Origin: Minisyncoccia bacterium
Lineage (GTDB): Bacteria > Patescibacteriota > Minisyncoccia > Phycocordibacterales > UBA9973
Direction of reading: 5' to 3'
Length of the DNA: 64,000 nucleotides
Assembly (NCBI GenBank): GCA_038323465.1
Contig: JBBQGX010000002.1
Coordinates: 132-64,131, forward strand
Shown here in pieces: positions 51,258 through 60,185 of this stretch; position 1 is the first letter of the stretch, and each line of letters begins with the position of its first letter. Under the pieces are notes generated by a model that saw only the letters and a list, made by a program, of their open reading frames with translations, ran no database searches and was not told where the DNA came from. The position numbers were made by a program, and so were the translations under genes.

Positions 51258-51758
51258 ATGTTAAAAAATCTAGAAATTTATACAGACGGTTCCTCATTAG
51301 GTAATCCGGGTCCAGGTGGCTGGGGGACGGTAATAATTAATAATAAAGAATTAATAATTAAGAATGGAAAATCAGAACCAACAATCGTAGAACTTGGAGG
51401 GTTTGAGAAAAATACTACCAATAATCGCATGGAAATGATGGCTGTTGTTGAAGCGCTTAAATATATTCGGAAGTCGGACTTCCGAATATCTGATGTGATC
51501 ATTCATGCTGATTCTGCTTATGTACTCGGAGGTGTGACTTCTTGGGTATTTAATTGGGAGAAGAATGGATGGAAAACTTCTAAAAAGGAGCCAGTGCTGA
51601 ATCAAGATTTATGGAAAGAATTGATCTCTCTCGTTCGTTCCTCTAAATGCGATTTGAAATGGCAAAAAGTAAAAGGGCATTCTGGTATCGAGTACAACGA
51701 ACTCGCTGACCAGATAGCGACAACTTGTGCAGGTTTGCAAAAAAACCATCATAAATAA
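51258..51758 (+). CDS. rnhA: Ribonuclease HI
   Basis: IYTDGSSLGNPGPGGWG, NNRMEMMAVVEAL, DSAYV, KVKGHSG...NELADQ. Confidence 0.9.
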   Translation: MLKNLEIYTDGSSLGNPGPGGWGTVIINNKELIIKNGKSEPTIVELGGFEKNTTNNRMEMMAVVEALKYIRKSDFRISDVIIHADSAYVLGGVTSWVFNWEKNGWKTSKKEPVLNQDLWKELISLVRSSKCDLKWQKVKGHSGIEYNELADQIATTCAGLQKNHHK

Positions 51759-51770
51759 TTTATGTGTTTA

Positions 51771-51893
51771 AATAAAAAGAAACAGAATAGCTCTTCCCAT
51801 AGGACACGGATATTTTTCTGCTGAAAAATTCCTCGTGCTCGGCTCGACAGCCTCCCAAGCTCCTCTGATAAGACTATTCTGTTTATTTTTATA
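51771..51893 (+). other. Long-stem element: 11+7 bp inverted arms around an 83-nt GC-rich insert
   Basis: aaacagaatag (51780-51790) pairs with ctattctgttt (51874-51884), extended by ataaaaa/tttttat. The insert contains cccataggacacggata (compare the core end ccctacacggata) and an internal hairpin atttttc-tgct-gaaaaat. Confidence 0.6.
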
Positions 51894-51901
51894 AAATTAG
51901 C

Positions 51902-53200
51902 ATGTCTAAAAAAGAAATCGTAATAATATTTATTTTAATTACAGTAGCTTGTGGGCGGTTTTTCTTTTTTATTCCGAAAGCACCTGACTTTGGTAGTGCA
52001 GTAGGGAAGAGTGTAGAGTTGATTGGAATAGTTAGTGATGACCCAGATATAAGGTTGAAAAATAAGCATTTAAATGTGACTTTGATAGATAGGGATGTAA
52101 ACATTTTGGTTATTATTGATAGAAACGTACTCGTTTCTTATGGAGATAAAGTAGAAGTTAGAGGAGTACTTGAGGAGCCAGAGAATTTTATTACAAATTC
52201 TGGAAAAGAATTTAATTATAAGAGATATTTATCAAATCAAGATATTTATTACACAATTAAAAAAGCAGATATAAAAATATTATATAGTGGTAATGGAAGT
52301 AAATTAAAATTATTTCTATATAATCTGCGTGCGTCATTTATTGAAAATATAAATCAGGTTATTTCGATGCCAGAGAGTGATCTCGCCAATGGTCTCATTC
52401 TTGGTGTGCGTGGTGGTTTTGACCAAGACATGAATAATGAATTTATTCAAACTGGAACGATTCATATCATCGCTTTATCTGGCTACAATGTCTCTATTGT
52501 AGCGAAGGGGGTGATGGGGTTTTTTGGTTTAATTTTCTCTAGCACTATTGCTATTATTTTTGGAATAATAATGATTATATTATTTATAATAATGGCAGGA
52601 GCATCAACGACTGCAATCAGGGCAGGGGTAATGGCTGTCATTATGTTATTAGGAAAGATGACAGGTAGAAGATATGATGCTGGGCGTGCACTTATTATCG
52701 CCGCGCTTCTCATGATTACTTATGATCCACGAGTTATCATAGATATGTCTTTTCAGCTTTCATTTTTAGCAACGGGTGGTGTCCTTTTTGTTACTCCCAA
52801 GGTTGTAAATTGGTTTTGGTGGTTACCCTTGCGATTTGAGATAAGAGAGACAATGGCAACAACCGTCGCAGCGACTATCTCTGTCCTTCCTATATTACTT
52901 TATTTAACTGGAGTTTTATCTCTTGTTTCTATTTTTGCAAATATTTTAATATTACTATTTATCCCATTCACTATGCTCCTGTCTTTTATTGTTGGAATGG
53001 TTGGATTTATTTCACCCATAATTTCAATTCCGTTTGGATATATTGCACATTTGATACTTCTGTATATTCTTTCAGTAATTCATTTTTTTGCATCACTGTC
53101 GTTTGCTAGTGTGACAATACAATCATTTCCATTACTCTTCACGATTTTAATATATGGATTCTTGATTTATTGGGTGTTTCGAAAAGAGGACAAGATATAA
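51902..53200 (+). CDS. comEC: ComEC/Rec2 N-terminal part (OB-fold DUF4131 plus competence membrane domain), lacking the MBL domain
   Basis: SYGDKVEVRGVLEEPENF... (OB-like), then GTIHIIALSGYNVSIVA and multiple TM helices. Confidence 0.8.
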   Translation: MSKKEIVIIFILITVACGRFFFFIPKAPDFGSAVGKSVELIGIVSDDPDIRLKNKHLNVTLIDRDVNILVIIDRNVLVSYGDKVEVRGVLEEPENFITNSGKEFNYKRYLSNQDIYYTIKKADIKILYSGNGSKLKLFLYNLRASFIENINQVISMPESDLANGLILGVRGGFDQDMNNEFIQTGTIHIIALSGYNVSIVAKGVMGFFGLIFSSTIAIIFGIIMIILFIIMAGASTTAIRAGVMAVIMLLGKMTGRRYDAGRALIIAALLMITYDPRVIIDMSFQLSFLATGGVLFVTPKVVNWFWWLPLRFEIRETMATTVAATISVLPILLYLTGVLSLVSIFANILILLFIPFTMLLSFIVGMVGFISPIISIPFGYIAHLILLYILSVIHFFASLSFASVTIQSFPLLFTILIYGFLIYWVFRKEDKI

Positions 53201-53266
53201 AATTCTCCCCGCTTTATCCCAAAGGGGCCCTACACGGATAAGAATTTTATATCTTGTCCTCTTTTC
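53181..53266 (+). other. Perfect 26-bp inverted repeat with conserved 34-nt GC-rich central core (copy 2)
   Basis: Left arm gaaaagaggacaagatataaaattct (includes the comEC stop at 53198-53200). Core ccccgctttatcccaaaggggccctacacggata at 53207-53240. The right arm at 53241-53266 is the exact reverse complement of the left arm. Confidence 0.9.
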
Positions 53267-53278
53267 TATCTGCTAATT

Positions 53279-53872
53279 TTATTTTGTATTTTTAAAATTT
53301 TCTTCTATTGCCTCCCAGTTTAAATTTTCAAAAAAGCTTTCTATGTAGTTTTTTTTCTCAGATGGGATATAGTCTAGATAATAAGCATGTTCCCACATAT
53401 CTAGAGCTAAGATAGGGGTGAGGCCTACTAGATGTCCTATATGTTGTTCATCTACCCACTGTGTGATTAATTTGCCAGTCTGTTTATCATAGTAAAGCAT
53501 AGCCCATCCTACACCACGAGTCATAGCTAAAGCTTTGAATTTCTCTAACCATGATTCGAAATCTAACTCACTTTGTGCGATAGCACGTTTTAAGTTAGAT
53601 TCATTTTTTAATTCTTTTCCACCACCTGAGAGTGAAGAGAAGTATATTTCATGATTTCTCATGCCTCCGAATTCAAAAGCAAATCTACGATGAAGCTCAC
53701 TTAGAACATATGCATTCTCAGATTGGTTTTGTTCGTATTCTTTTATTTTATTTAAAACTAGATTAGAATTAGCTACATAACCTTTGTAAAGTTTAAGATG
53801 TTCCTCAATACTCTTAGTACTAATACCTTTTAGTTCCCTTAACTCAAATATTTTTGGTTTAAATGTTTCCAT
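53279..53872 (-). CDS. Fe/Mn-family superoxide dismutase
   Basis: DMWEHAYYLDY (Asp and His ligands), NHEIYF, and an N-terminal His in IEEHLKLY. 197 aa. Confidence 0.85.
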   Translation of the reverse strand: METFKPKIFELRELKGISTKSIEEHLKLYKGYVANSNLVLNKIKEYEQNQSENAYVLSELHRRFAFEFGGMRNHEIYFSSLSGGGKELKNESNLKRAIAQSELDFESWLEKFKALAMTRGVGWAMLYYDKQTGKLITQWVDEQHIGHLVGLTPILALDMWEHAYYLDYIPSEKKNYIESFFENLNWEAIEENFKNTK

Positions 53873-53992
53873 ATAATTTTAAAATTTTTGGAGCAAAGAT
53901 TTTCAAAAAAAATGTCTGGCACCTCTCCTCCCTCTTCCGAGGACTTTTTTGTTGATAAGCTTTGCGGAAAAAATTGTATTTAATGTTAATAT

Positions 53993-54874
53993 ATGTATTG
54001 TACCATGAAGCAAATTATAAAAAATATACTATATTTATCCTTTATCTTATTGGTTACTTTAACTGCTTTTATTTGGTTTTATATTTATCAGAATAGTTTG
54101 ACTGACAAATATTTAAAAATTGTTTTTTTGGATGTTGGGCAGGGTGATGCTATCTATATAGAGGCTCCAAATGGTAAACAGATGCTGATAGATGGAGGAC
54201 CTGACGCAAAATTACTTTCAAGTTTGGCTAAAGTTATGCCTTTTGCTGACCGGTCTATAGATATTATCCTAGCGACACATGGAGACCAAGATCATATCGG
54301 AGGGTTTCCTTTATTATTAGAGAATTATAAAGTAGGGAATATCATAGAGAATGGAGCAATCTCTAACTCGAAAGTATTTGTTAGTCTCGAAGAAAAAGTA
54401 AATAAAAATAAAATAAATAAAATTATTGCAAGAAAAGGAATGCATGTGATTTTAGATCAAAATAGAAATATTTATTTTGATATTTTGTTTCCCGATAGAG
54501 ACATCTTGAATTTTGAAAGTAATGATGGCTCCATAGTAGGGAAGCTTGTCTATGGACATGAGTGCTTCATGTTTACAGGAGATGCAACAACGTACACAGA
54601 GAATCTGATAGAGTGGAATGAAAGTGATAATATCCTAAAGTGTGATGTTTTAAAGCTAGGGCATCACGGCTCTCACACATCTTCAAGTGAACTTTGGCTT
54701 GAAAAAGTGGAACCAAGCATAGCTATAATTTCTGTAGATAAGAATAATAAATATGGTCACCCACACCAAGATGTTTTAGATAGATTAAAAAAGTTGAACA
54801 TCCCATTCTTAAGTACAGCAGATAAGGGAAGTATAATATTTAAAACAGATGGAGAGAAATTAATACAAAAATAA
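53993..54874 (+). CDS. ComEC C-terminal metallo-beta-lactamase domain protein with its own N-terminal TM helix
   Basis: VFLDVGQGDAIYIEAPNGKQMLIDGG, ILATHGDQDHIGG, LKLGHHGS, KYGHPH. The ATG at 54005 is an alternative start. Confidence 0.8.
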   Translation: MYCTMKQIIKNILYLSFILLVTLTAFIWFYIYQNSLTDKYLKIVFLDVGQGDAIYIEAPNGKQMLIDGGPDAKLLSSLAKVMPFADRSIDIILATHGDQDHIGGFPLLLENYKVGNIIENGAISNSKVFVSLEEKVNKNKINKIIARKGMHVILDQNRNIYFDILFPDRDILNFESNDGSIVGKLVYGHECFMFTGDATTYTENLIEWNESDNILKCDVLKLGHHGSHTSSSELWLEKVEPSIAIISVDKNNKYGHPHQDVLDRLKKLNIPFLSTADKGSIIFKTDGEKLIQK

Positions 54875-54909
54875 AAAACCACAGGTCTTGCTTGTGGTTT
54901 TTTATTTTT
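54874..54909. terminator. Terminator between convergent genes (comEC MBL part and rpmB)
   Basis: aaccacagg-tcttg-cttgtggtt followed by a T run. Confidence 0.7.
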
Positions 54910-54952
54910 GTATTTGAATTTAATTTATTTCCTTGACTCTTGTCACTGTTTA

Positions 54953-55198
54953 CTATTTTATGATTCCTGCTTTCTTTAAAACCGCATAGGCACCGCGTTT
55001 GTTGATTGTTTTTATTGCTTTAGTTGAAAGTGTAAGAGGGAAGTACTTTTTAAGCTCTGGTACATAAATACGTTTCTTCTGAAGGTTTGTATATTTACGA
55101 ACCATACCTGTAGGATTGAATTTAGTAGCACGAACTACGTTGGAGTAGCCTCCTGCCATCTTTGAGCCCTTTTTAGTTATATCGCATACTTTTGCCAT
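54953..55198 (-). CDS. rpmB: 50S ribosomal protein L28
   Basis: MAKVCDITKKGSKMAGGYSNVVRATKFNPTG... is typical of L28. Confidence 0.9.
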   Translation of the reverse strand: MAKVCDITKKGSKMAGGYSNVVRATKFNPTGMVRKYTNLQKKRIYVPELKKYFPLTLSTKAIKTINKRGAYAVLKKAGIIK

Positions 55199-55343
55199 CC
55201 CAGTAAAAAATTTAAATATTAACGTTTGTCTACGGACCTTATACTCCCATTAAATTTTAACGGGACAGGTAGATAAAACTATGCTATCATATACTCTATA
55301 TAAAAGCAATCATGTTTAAGATTCTTTATATTTTACAACATAT

Positions 55344-55973
55344 ATGTCACCCACCGATGGAATATTTTATGTAATAGTTCTTATTATGTCTGTAGTAGTT
55401 CATGAGTTTGCTCATGGATATACGGCATATCTTCTTGGCGACAATACAGCGAGGATGCAAGGTAGACTTACCCTTAATCCACTAAAACATCTAGACCCAT
55501 TTGGTTCTGTGATACTTCCACTACTCCTTATCTTCATGAATGCTGGTTTTGTTATCGGTTGGGCTAAACCTGTACCTTATAATCCTGATAATCTGACAGA
55601 TAAAAAAAGAGGATCACTGTATGTTGCTATTGCTGGAATTCTTGCCAATATTTTAATTGCTGTTATTTTTGGATTACTTATTCGTTTCGGACCAACACAA
55701 CTCGGGATTCCTATAGATAGTCCATTTTACAAGATTGCTTCTATTATAGTTATCTTGAATTTAGTTTTGGCATTATTTAATCTAATTCCCATTCCTCCAC
55801 TTGATGGATCAAAAGTTTTATTTTCTTTCTTACCAATCCGTTATCATCATATTGAAAACTTTCTTGAAAAATGGGGGATGTTTGTTTTACTTTTCTTTAT
55901 AATTTTTCTTTGGAGTAAAGTTGCCCCACTTATATATATTGCATTCTTTTTTATTACAGGAATTCATCTTTAA
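55344..55973 (+). CDS. Site-2 protease family (peptidase M50) membrane metalloprotease
   Basis: HEFAHG in the first TM region, and a downstream NLIPIPPLDGSK motif. Confidence 0.75.
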   Translation: MSPTDGIFYVIVLIMSVVVHEFAHGYTAYLLGDNTARMQGRLTLNPLKHLDPFGSVILPLLLIFMNAGFVIGWAKPVPYNPDNLTDKKRGSLYVAIAGILANILIAVIFGLLIRFGPTQLGIPIDSPFYKIASIIVILNLVLALFNLIPIPPLDGSKVLFSFLPIRYHHIENFLEKWGMFVLLFFIIFLWSKVAPLIYIAFFFITGIHL

Positions 55974-56129
55974 AAACTTTTTATTAATTATAAATTATCT
56001 TTATTTATACAAACTTGATTATTAGGTTTATATTAAGTTTATATTATGCTATTATTAAGGAGTAGATATCCTTTTGTTTTTTGTTTTTCAAGGACTAAAT
56101 AAAAATAAAACTTTATACTGCATTTTTTA

Positions 56130-59057
56130 ATGAATATTTTTAAACATAAAATTGGTTCTTTTTCGTATTTAATAAAAATATTCTCAATATTTTTATTCAT
56201 GATACTTTTTGCAGCATATGCAAATACTTTTGCGGTTTTTTCTCCAGGACAAACTCTAGATCCAAATTGTGCTCCTGGGATTGTCGGTTGTATTGTTGAA
56301 ATACTTCCAAATCAATTAGGTAACAATGGTAAATATTTATCAACAGATGGAACAATAGCAACATGGGTAAGTACCCCCATTGGAGTAACAGCTTATCCAG
56401 CTTCTGGTATCCCAAATTCAACCGGTTCTGAATGGGGAACATCATATACAACATCAGGGAGTGGAAATGTCCTTGCTCTTGCAACTTCTCCAGTATTTGT
56501 AACTCCAACATTAGGTATAGCCACTGCAACTTCAATAAACAATTTACCATTGTTACAAGACAATATAGATTTTAATATTAAAGTGGGTCAAGATGCAGGA
56601 CTTAATCTTGTGGCAGGATCACAATTTAATACTTTTATAGGCTATGAAGCAGGAAAGGGTGGAATAGGTGGAACAAACGCTTATTATAATACTGCGGTAG
56701 GTTATAATTCCCTTTATTCTAATACTACAGGAAATAATAACACTGCCAGTGGAACAAATTCCCTTTATTCTAATACTACAGGAAATAATAACACCGCAAA
56801 CGGAGAACATTCTCTCTTTCAAAATACTACAGGATATAACAACACTGCCAATGGAGGTCAATCTCTCTTTTTAAACACTACAGGAGGTAATAACACCGCT
56901 AGTGGAAATCAATCTCTCTACCGCAATACTACAGGATATAACAACACTGCAAACGGAGAAAGTTCTCTCGCTCAAAATACTACAGGATATTACAACACTG
57001 CAAACGGAAGTCGTTCACTTTTATTCAACACTACTGGGTCACATAATACTGCCAATGGAATGCTATCAGGTATGTTTATAGCAGATGGCATAACTGGAAA
57101 TACTACAGGCAGTAATTCTCTTTTCCTAGGTTACGATACCAGAGCCCAAGCTGATGCACAAACCAATCAGATAGTAATAGGAGCAAGTGCTATTGGTAAT
57201 GGTAGTAATACAGCAACTATAGGAAATAATAATTTACTCCGTACTTATCTCACAGGTCTAAATCTAAAAGCTGGCACCGTCACCGCCGGAACTGCCCCAC
57301 TAAAGCTAACGAGTGGAACCAACCTTACCACCACCGAAGCCGGAGCCGTCGAGTACGACGGCTCACACCTTTACTTCACTGCAACAGATGCAGGAGTTCG
57401 TTATCAACTTGATCAGCAAGGTGGGGGAGGAGGACTTTCAAGCGATGCAGATTTTAATACAAAAGGTGGAACAAATGCAGGGTTGAATCTTGTAGCAGGA
57501 GCACAATATAATACTTTCTTAGGCTATGAAGCAGGGAAATCTGATGGTGCTGGTGGAACAAATACAGCAGATAATAATATTGCAATAGGTTATCAAGCTC
57601 TATATGAGAATACTACTGGGGATTCTAATATCGCCAATGGAGTTCGATCTCTCTTTCATAACACTACTGGGTATTCTAATACTGCCAATGGATATGAATC
57701 TCTTTTATTTAACACCACTGGATCTAATAACATTGCCAATGGATATCAATCTCTATACGGTAATATAACAGGAAATGCCAACACCGCCAGTGGAAATAAT
57801 TCTCTTTTCTACAACAGCACTGGATCTAATAATACTGCCAATGGATATGAATCTCTTTTCTACAACAGCACTGGATCTAATAATACTGCCAATGGAATGT
57901 ATTCACTTACCTCCAATACCACAGGAAACCAAAATTCAGCATTAGGAATGAATACTCTATACTCCAACACAACCGGATCTCAAAACACCGCCAATGGATA
58001 TAATTCTCTTTATTCCAACACTATAGGAAGTTATAACTCTGTATTAGGAATGTATGCAGGTCGTTACATTGCCAACGGTACAACGGGTAGAATTACAGGG
58101 GACAATGGACTTTATCTTGGTTACAATTCAAAAGCAAGTGCTGATGGAACAGATAACGAGATAGTCATCGGTGCTTCAGCTATTGGTAACGGTTCAAATA
58201 CCACTACCCTCGGGACAAACAATGTCCTTTATGTAGGTAGTAGTGGTATTTCTGGTATGGTTGCCCGCTTTACAAACAATGCTGGATACTGTGATATCAA
58301 TCCTCTAACTGCGTCTCTTGTTTGTTCATCTGATTTTAATTTAAAAAAGAACATTACAACTCTTGATGATAAAGAATTTATTTTGCAAACAGTTCCTATA
58401 ATGGTTACTAGCACTCTTGATAAAATTTTAGCTCTCACCCCTGTGACATACAACTGGAAGAATATTGAGAATGATTCAAAACACCCAGGATTCATCGCTC
58501 AAGATATGGAAAACTATTTTCCAGAGCTAGTTAGTACAGATACAAAAATGGATCCAGTTACAGGTAAGTATTTAAAGTCTATTGCTTACGCCAACCTAAC
58601 CCCTTACTTAGTGAAAGCAATACAAGAAATGAATTTAAAAATTGAAGGGATAAATAATTTTGAAGTAGATGAAAATGGTAATAGTGTGGTTAATAGTTGG
58701 AGAGATTCTATGGTTGCTTGGTTTGGAAATACGAAGAATGGAATAATCGAATTTGTTGGAGTAACAATTCGTGCCAAGGATAAATTGTGTGTTGGAGAGG
58801 GTAATGAAGAAGTCTGTATAACAAAAGAGGATTTATTGCAAATTAAAAATAATGCATCTCTTAAAAAAGATGATGTTTTAATAAAAATAGAACCAAGTAT
58901 CGAAAATATTGATTTAGTTATTCCAGATAAAATTGTTCCAGAGACCACACCTGCGGTGGAAGTAATAAAAGAAATAGTAAAAGATGTAGTTCCAAATAAA
59001 GAAGCAGTACCAGCTGAGGTAGTAGTAAAGGAAGTAATTGCAACCCCTCAAGAATAA
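56130..59057 (+). CDS. Tail-fibre-like surface protein: two ~290-aa arrays of N-T-T-G-x-x-N-T-A-N-G repeats plus a C-terminal S74 intramolecular-chaperone domain
   Basis: N-terminal signal/anchor. Repeats SLYSNTTGNNNTASG and similar occur in two duplicated blocks (about 56560-57250 and 57440-58220). SSDFNLKKNITTL...LTPVTYNWK...HPGFIAQDMENYFPELV...IAYANLTPYLVKAIQEM (about 58326-58650) matches the endosialidase-chaperone (peptidase S74) pattern. Confidence 0.75.
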   Translation: MNIFKHKIGSFSYLIKIFSIFLFMILFAAYANTFAVFSPGQTLDPNCAPGIVGCIVEILPNQLGNNGKYLSTDGTIATWVSTPIGVTAYPASGIPNSTGSEWGTSYTTSGSGNVLALATSPVFVTPTLGIATATSINNLPLLQDNIDFNIKVGQDAGLNLVAGSQFNTFIGYEAGKGGIGGTNAYYNTAVGYNSLYSNTTGNNNTASGTNSLYSNTTGNNNTANGEHSLFQNTTGYNNTANGGQSLFLNTTGGNNTASGNQSLYRNTTGYNNTANGESSLAQNTTGYYNTANGSRSLLFNTTGSHNTANGMLSGMFIADGITGNTTGSNSLFLGYDTRAQADAQTNQIVIGASAIGNGSNTATIGNNNLLRTYLTGLNLKAGTVTAGTAPLKLTSGTNLTTTEAGAVEYDGSHLYFTATDAGVRYQLDQQGGGGGLSSDADFNTKGGTNAGLNLVAGAQYNTFLGYEAGKSDGAGGTNTADNNIAIGYQALYENTTGDSNIANGVRSLFHNTTGYSNTANGYESLLFNTTGSNNIANGYQSLYGNITGNANTASGNNSLFYNSTGSNNTANGYESLFYNSTGSNNTANGMYSLTSNTTGNQNSALGMNTLYSNTTGSQNTANGYNSLYSNTIGSYNSVLGMYAGRYIANGTTGRITGDNGLYLGYNSKASADGTDNEIVIGASAIGNGSNTTTLGTNNVLYVGSSGISGMVARFTNNAGYCDINPLTASLVCSSDFNLKKNITTLDDKEFILQTVPIMVTSTLDKILALTPVTYNWKNIENDSKHPGFIAQDMENYFPELVSTDTKMDPVTGKYLKSIAYANLTPYLVKAIQEMNLKIEGINNFEVDENGNSVVNSWRDSMVAWFGNTKNGIIEFVGVTIRAKDKLCVGEGNEEVCITKEDLLQIKNNASLKKDDVLIKIEPSIENIDLVIPDKIVPETTPAVEVIKEIVKDVVPNKEAVPAEVVVKEVIATPQE

Positions 59058-59094
59058 AAACAACACAAGTAATAGTAGAATAATTAAAATAATT

Positions 59095-60084
59095 ATGAAT
59101 TTAGTATTTAAAAATTTTTTGAAAAATGTATTTATTTTAACATCAATAATGTTTTCGTTTGTGGTACAAGCTTCTCAAACTGATGGGATTATAGATAATA
59201 CTTATAATAGTGCACTTCTTTGTGTAGATAATTTATGCACAACTACAACAAGGATAAATTTCAAACCAACATTAGGGACAGCTATCCATATCACAGATAC
59301 TGCTATTACTGGTAATGCATGGTCGGAGACTTTTGGCTGGATAAATCTTAATCCAACGACCTTTGGTGGAGTTACAAATACTACAAATGGAGTTCTGGGC
59401 GGTTATGCTTGGGGAGATGGAGCTGGTTGGATTAATTTTGCTCCAACTCTCGGCGGGGTTACAATAAATTCGACAGGACAATTTATTGGTTATTCTTGGT
59501 CAGAAAATTATGGCTGGATTAAATTTGATTGCAATGTACTAAATGCATGTGTTACAACAGACTGGAGACCAATCAGTGTTCGTCCTTCTGATTCTTCTCA
59601 TGGGTCATCTGGGTTTTGGCCAATAAAAATACAAATAATTCCTACAGACACTACGGTGGTAGTTCCAGTTATTAATCCTTTTCCCATAATTACTCCTACG
59701 ATAAAAAAGCCAAAACCTGTTTTAAAAAAGATCATTCCTCAATTAGAAGAGGAGATTTATATAGATCAACAACCAAAATTCCCACCTAAGATAGATAACT
59801 CAAAAAATTTAAATAACAATCAAACTAAAACAGTATATGAGAATCAAAATATAAGTAAATCAATAATAGAAAAAATAAATGATTTTCTTATTAAAATAAT
59901 TGGATATATTAAAAGTGCTTTTAATTATATATTTGGAGATTACCTCACTCTTGTTTATGATATTTTTGGCTATAAAGGTTCTATTTTATTAAATAAGCTT
60001 ATAGGATATGTACTTGGTATCATCCTTGGTATATTTATCTTAATTTATTTTGAAAGAAAAAAGAAAAATAAATCAAAATTATAA
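59095..60084 (+). CDS. Secreted protein with G-x-A-W-S-E-x-x-G-W-I-x-F repeats and C-terminal TM anchor
   Basis: The ATG at 59095 gives a signal peptide (FILTSIMFSFVVQA). Three repeats: GNAWSETFGWINLNP, GYAWGDGAGWINFAP, GYSWSENYGWIKFD. The track start at 59038 overlaps the upstream gene. Confidence 0.6.
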   Translation: MNLVFKNFLKNVFILTSIMFSFVVQASQTDGIIDNTYNSALLCVDNLCTTTTRINFKPTLGTAIHITDTAITGNAWSETFGWINLNPTTFGGVTNTTNGVLGGYAWGDGAGWINFAPTLGGVTINSTGQFIGYSWSENYGWIKFDCNVLNACVTTDWRPISVRPSDSSHGSSGFWPIKIQIIPTDTTVVVPVINPFPIITPTIKKPKPVLKKIIPQLEEEIYIDQQPKFPPKIDNSKNLNNNQTKTVYENQNISKSIIEKINDFLIKIIGYIKSAFNYIFGDYLTLVYDIFGYKGSILLNKLIGYVLGIILGIFILIYFERKKKNKSKL

Positions 60085-60085
60085 A

Positions 60086-60130
60086 GTAAAAGGGGCAGAC
60101 TGAAAGTCTACCCCTTTACTTGCTTTTTTT
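60086..60130 (+). terminator. Terminator upstream of rpsL
   Basis: aggggcagac-tgaaa-gtctacccct (one mismatch), followed by ttgcttttttt. Confidence 0.6.
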
Positions 60131-60185
60131 GGGTCTTTATAGTAAAGTATTTGGACTAGTCATTCGTGACTTTTTTAATTTAAAT

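Noticed and set aside
51791-51873. The GC-rich insert as SRP (4.5S) RNA or another known small RNA
   Set aside because: On neither strand could I find the conserved SRP domain IV motif (GGAA tetraloop flanked by AGCA/GGAAGCAGCC-type loops). The apical loop is tgct/agca.
56130-59057. A prophage, because of the tail-fibre/S74 domain
   Set aside because: The window has no capsid, terminase, portal, integrase or att-like repeats. The neighbours are housekeeping genes.
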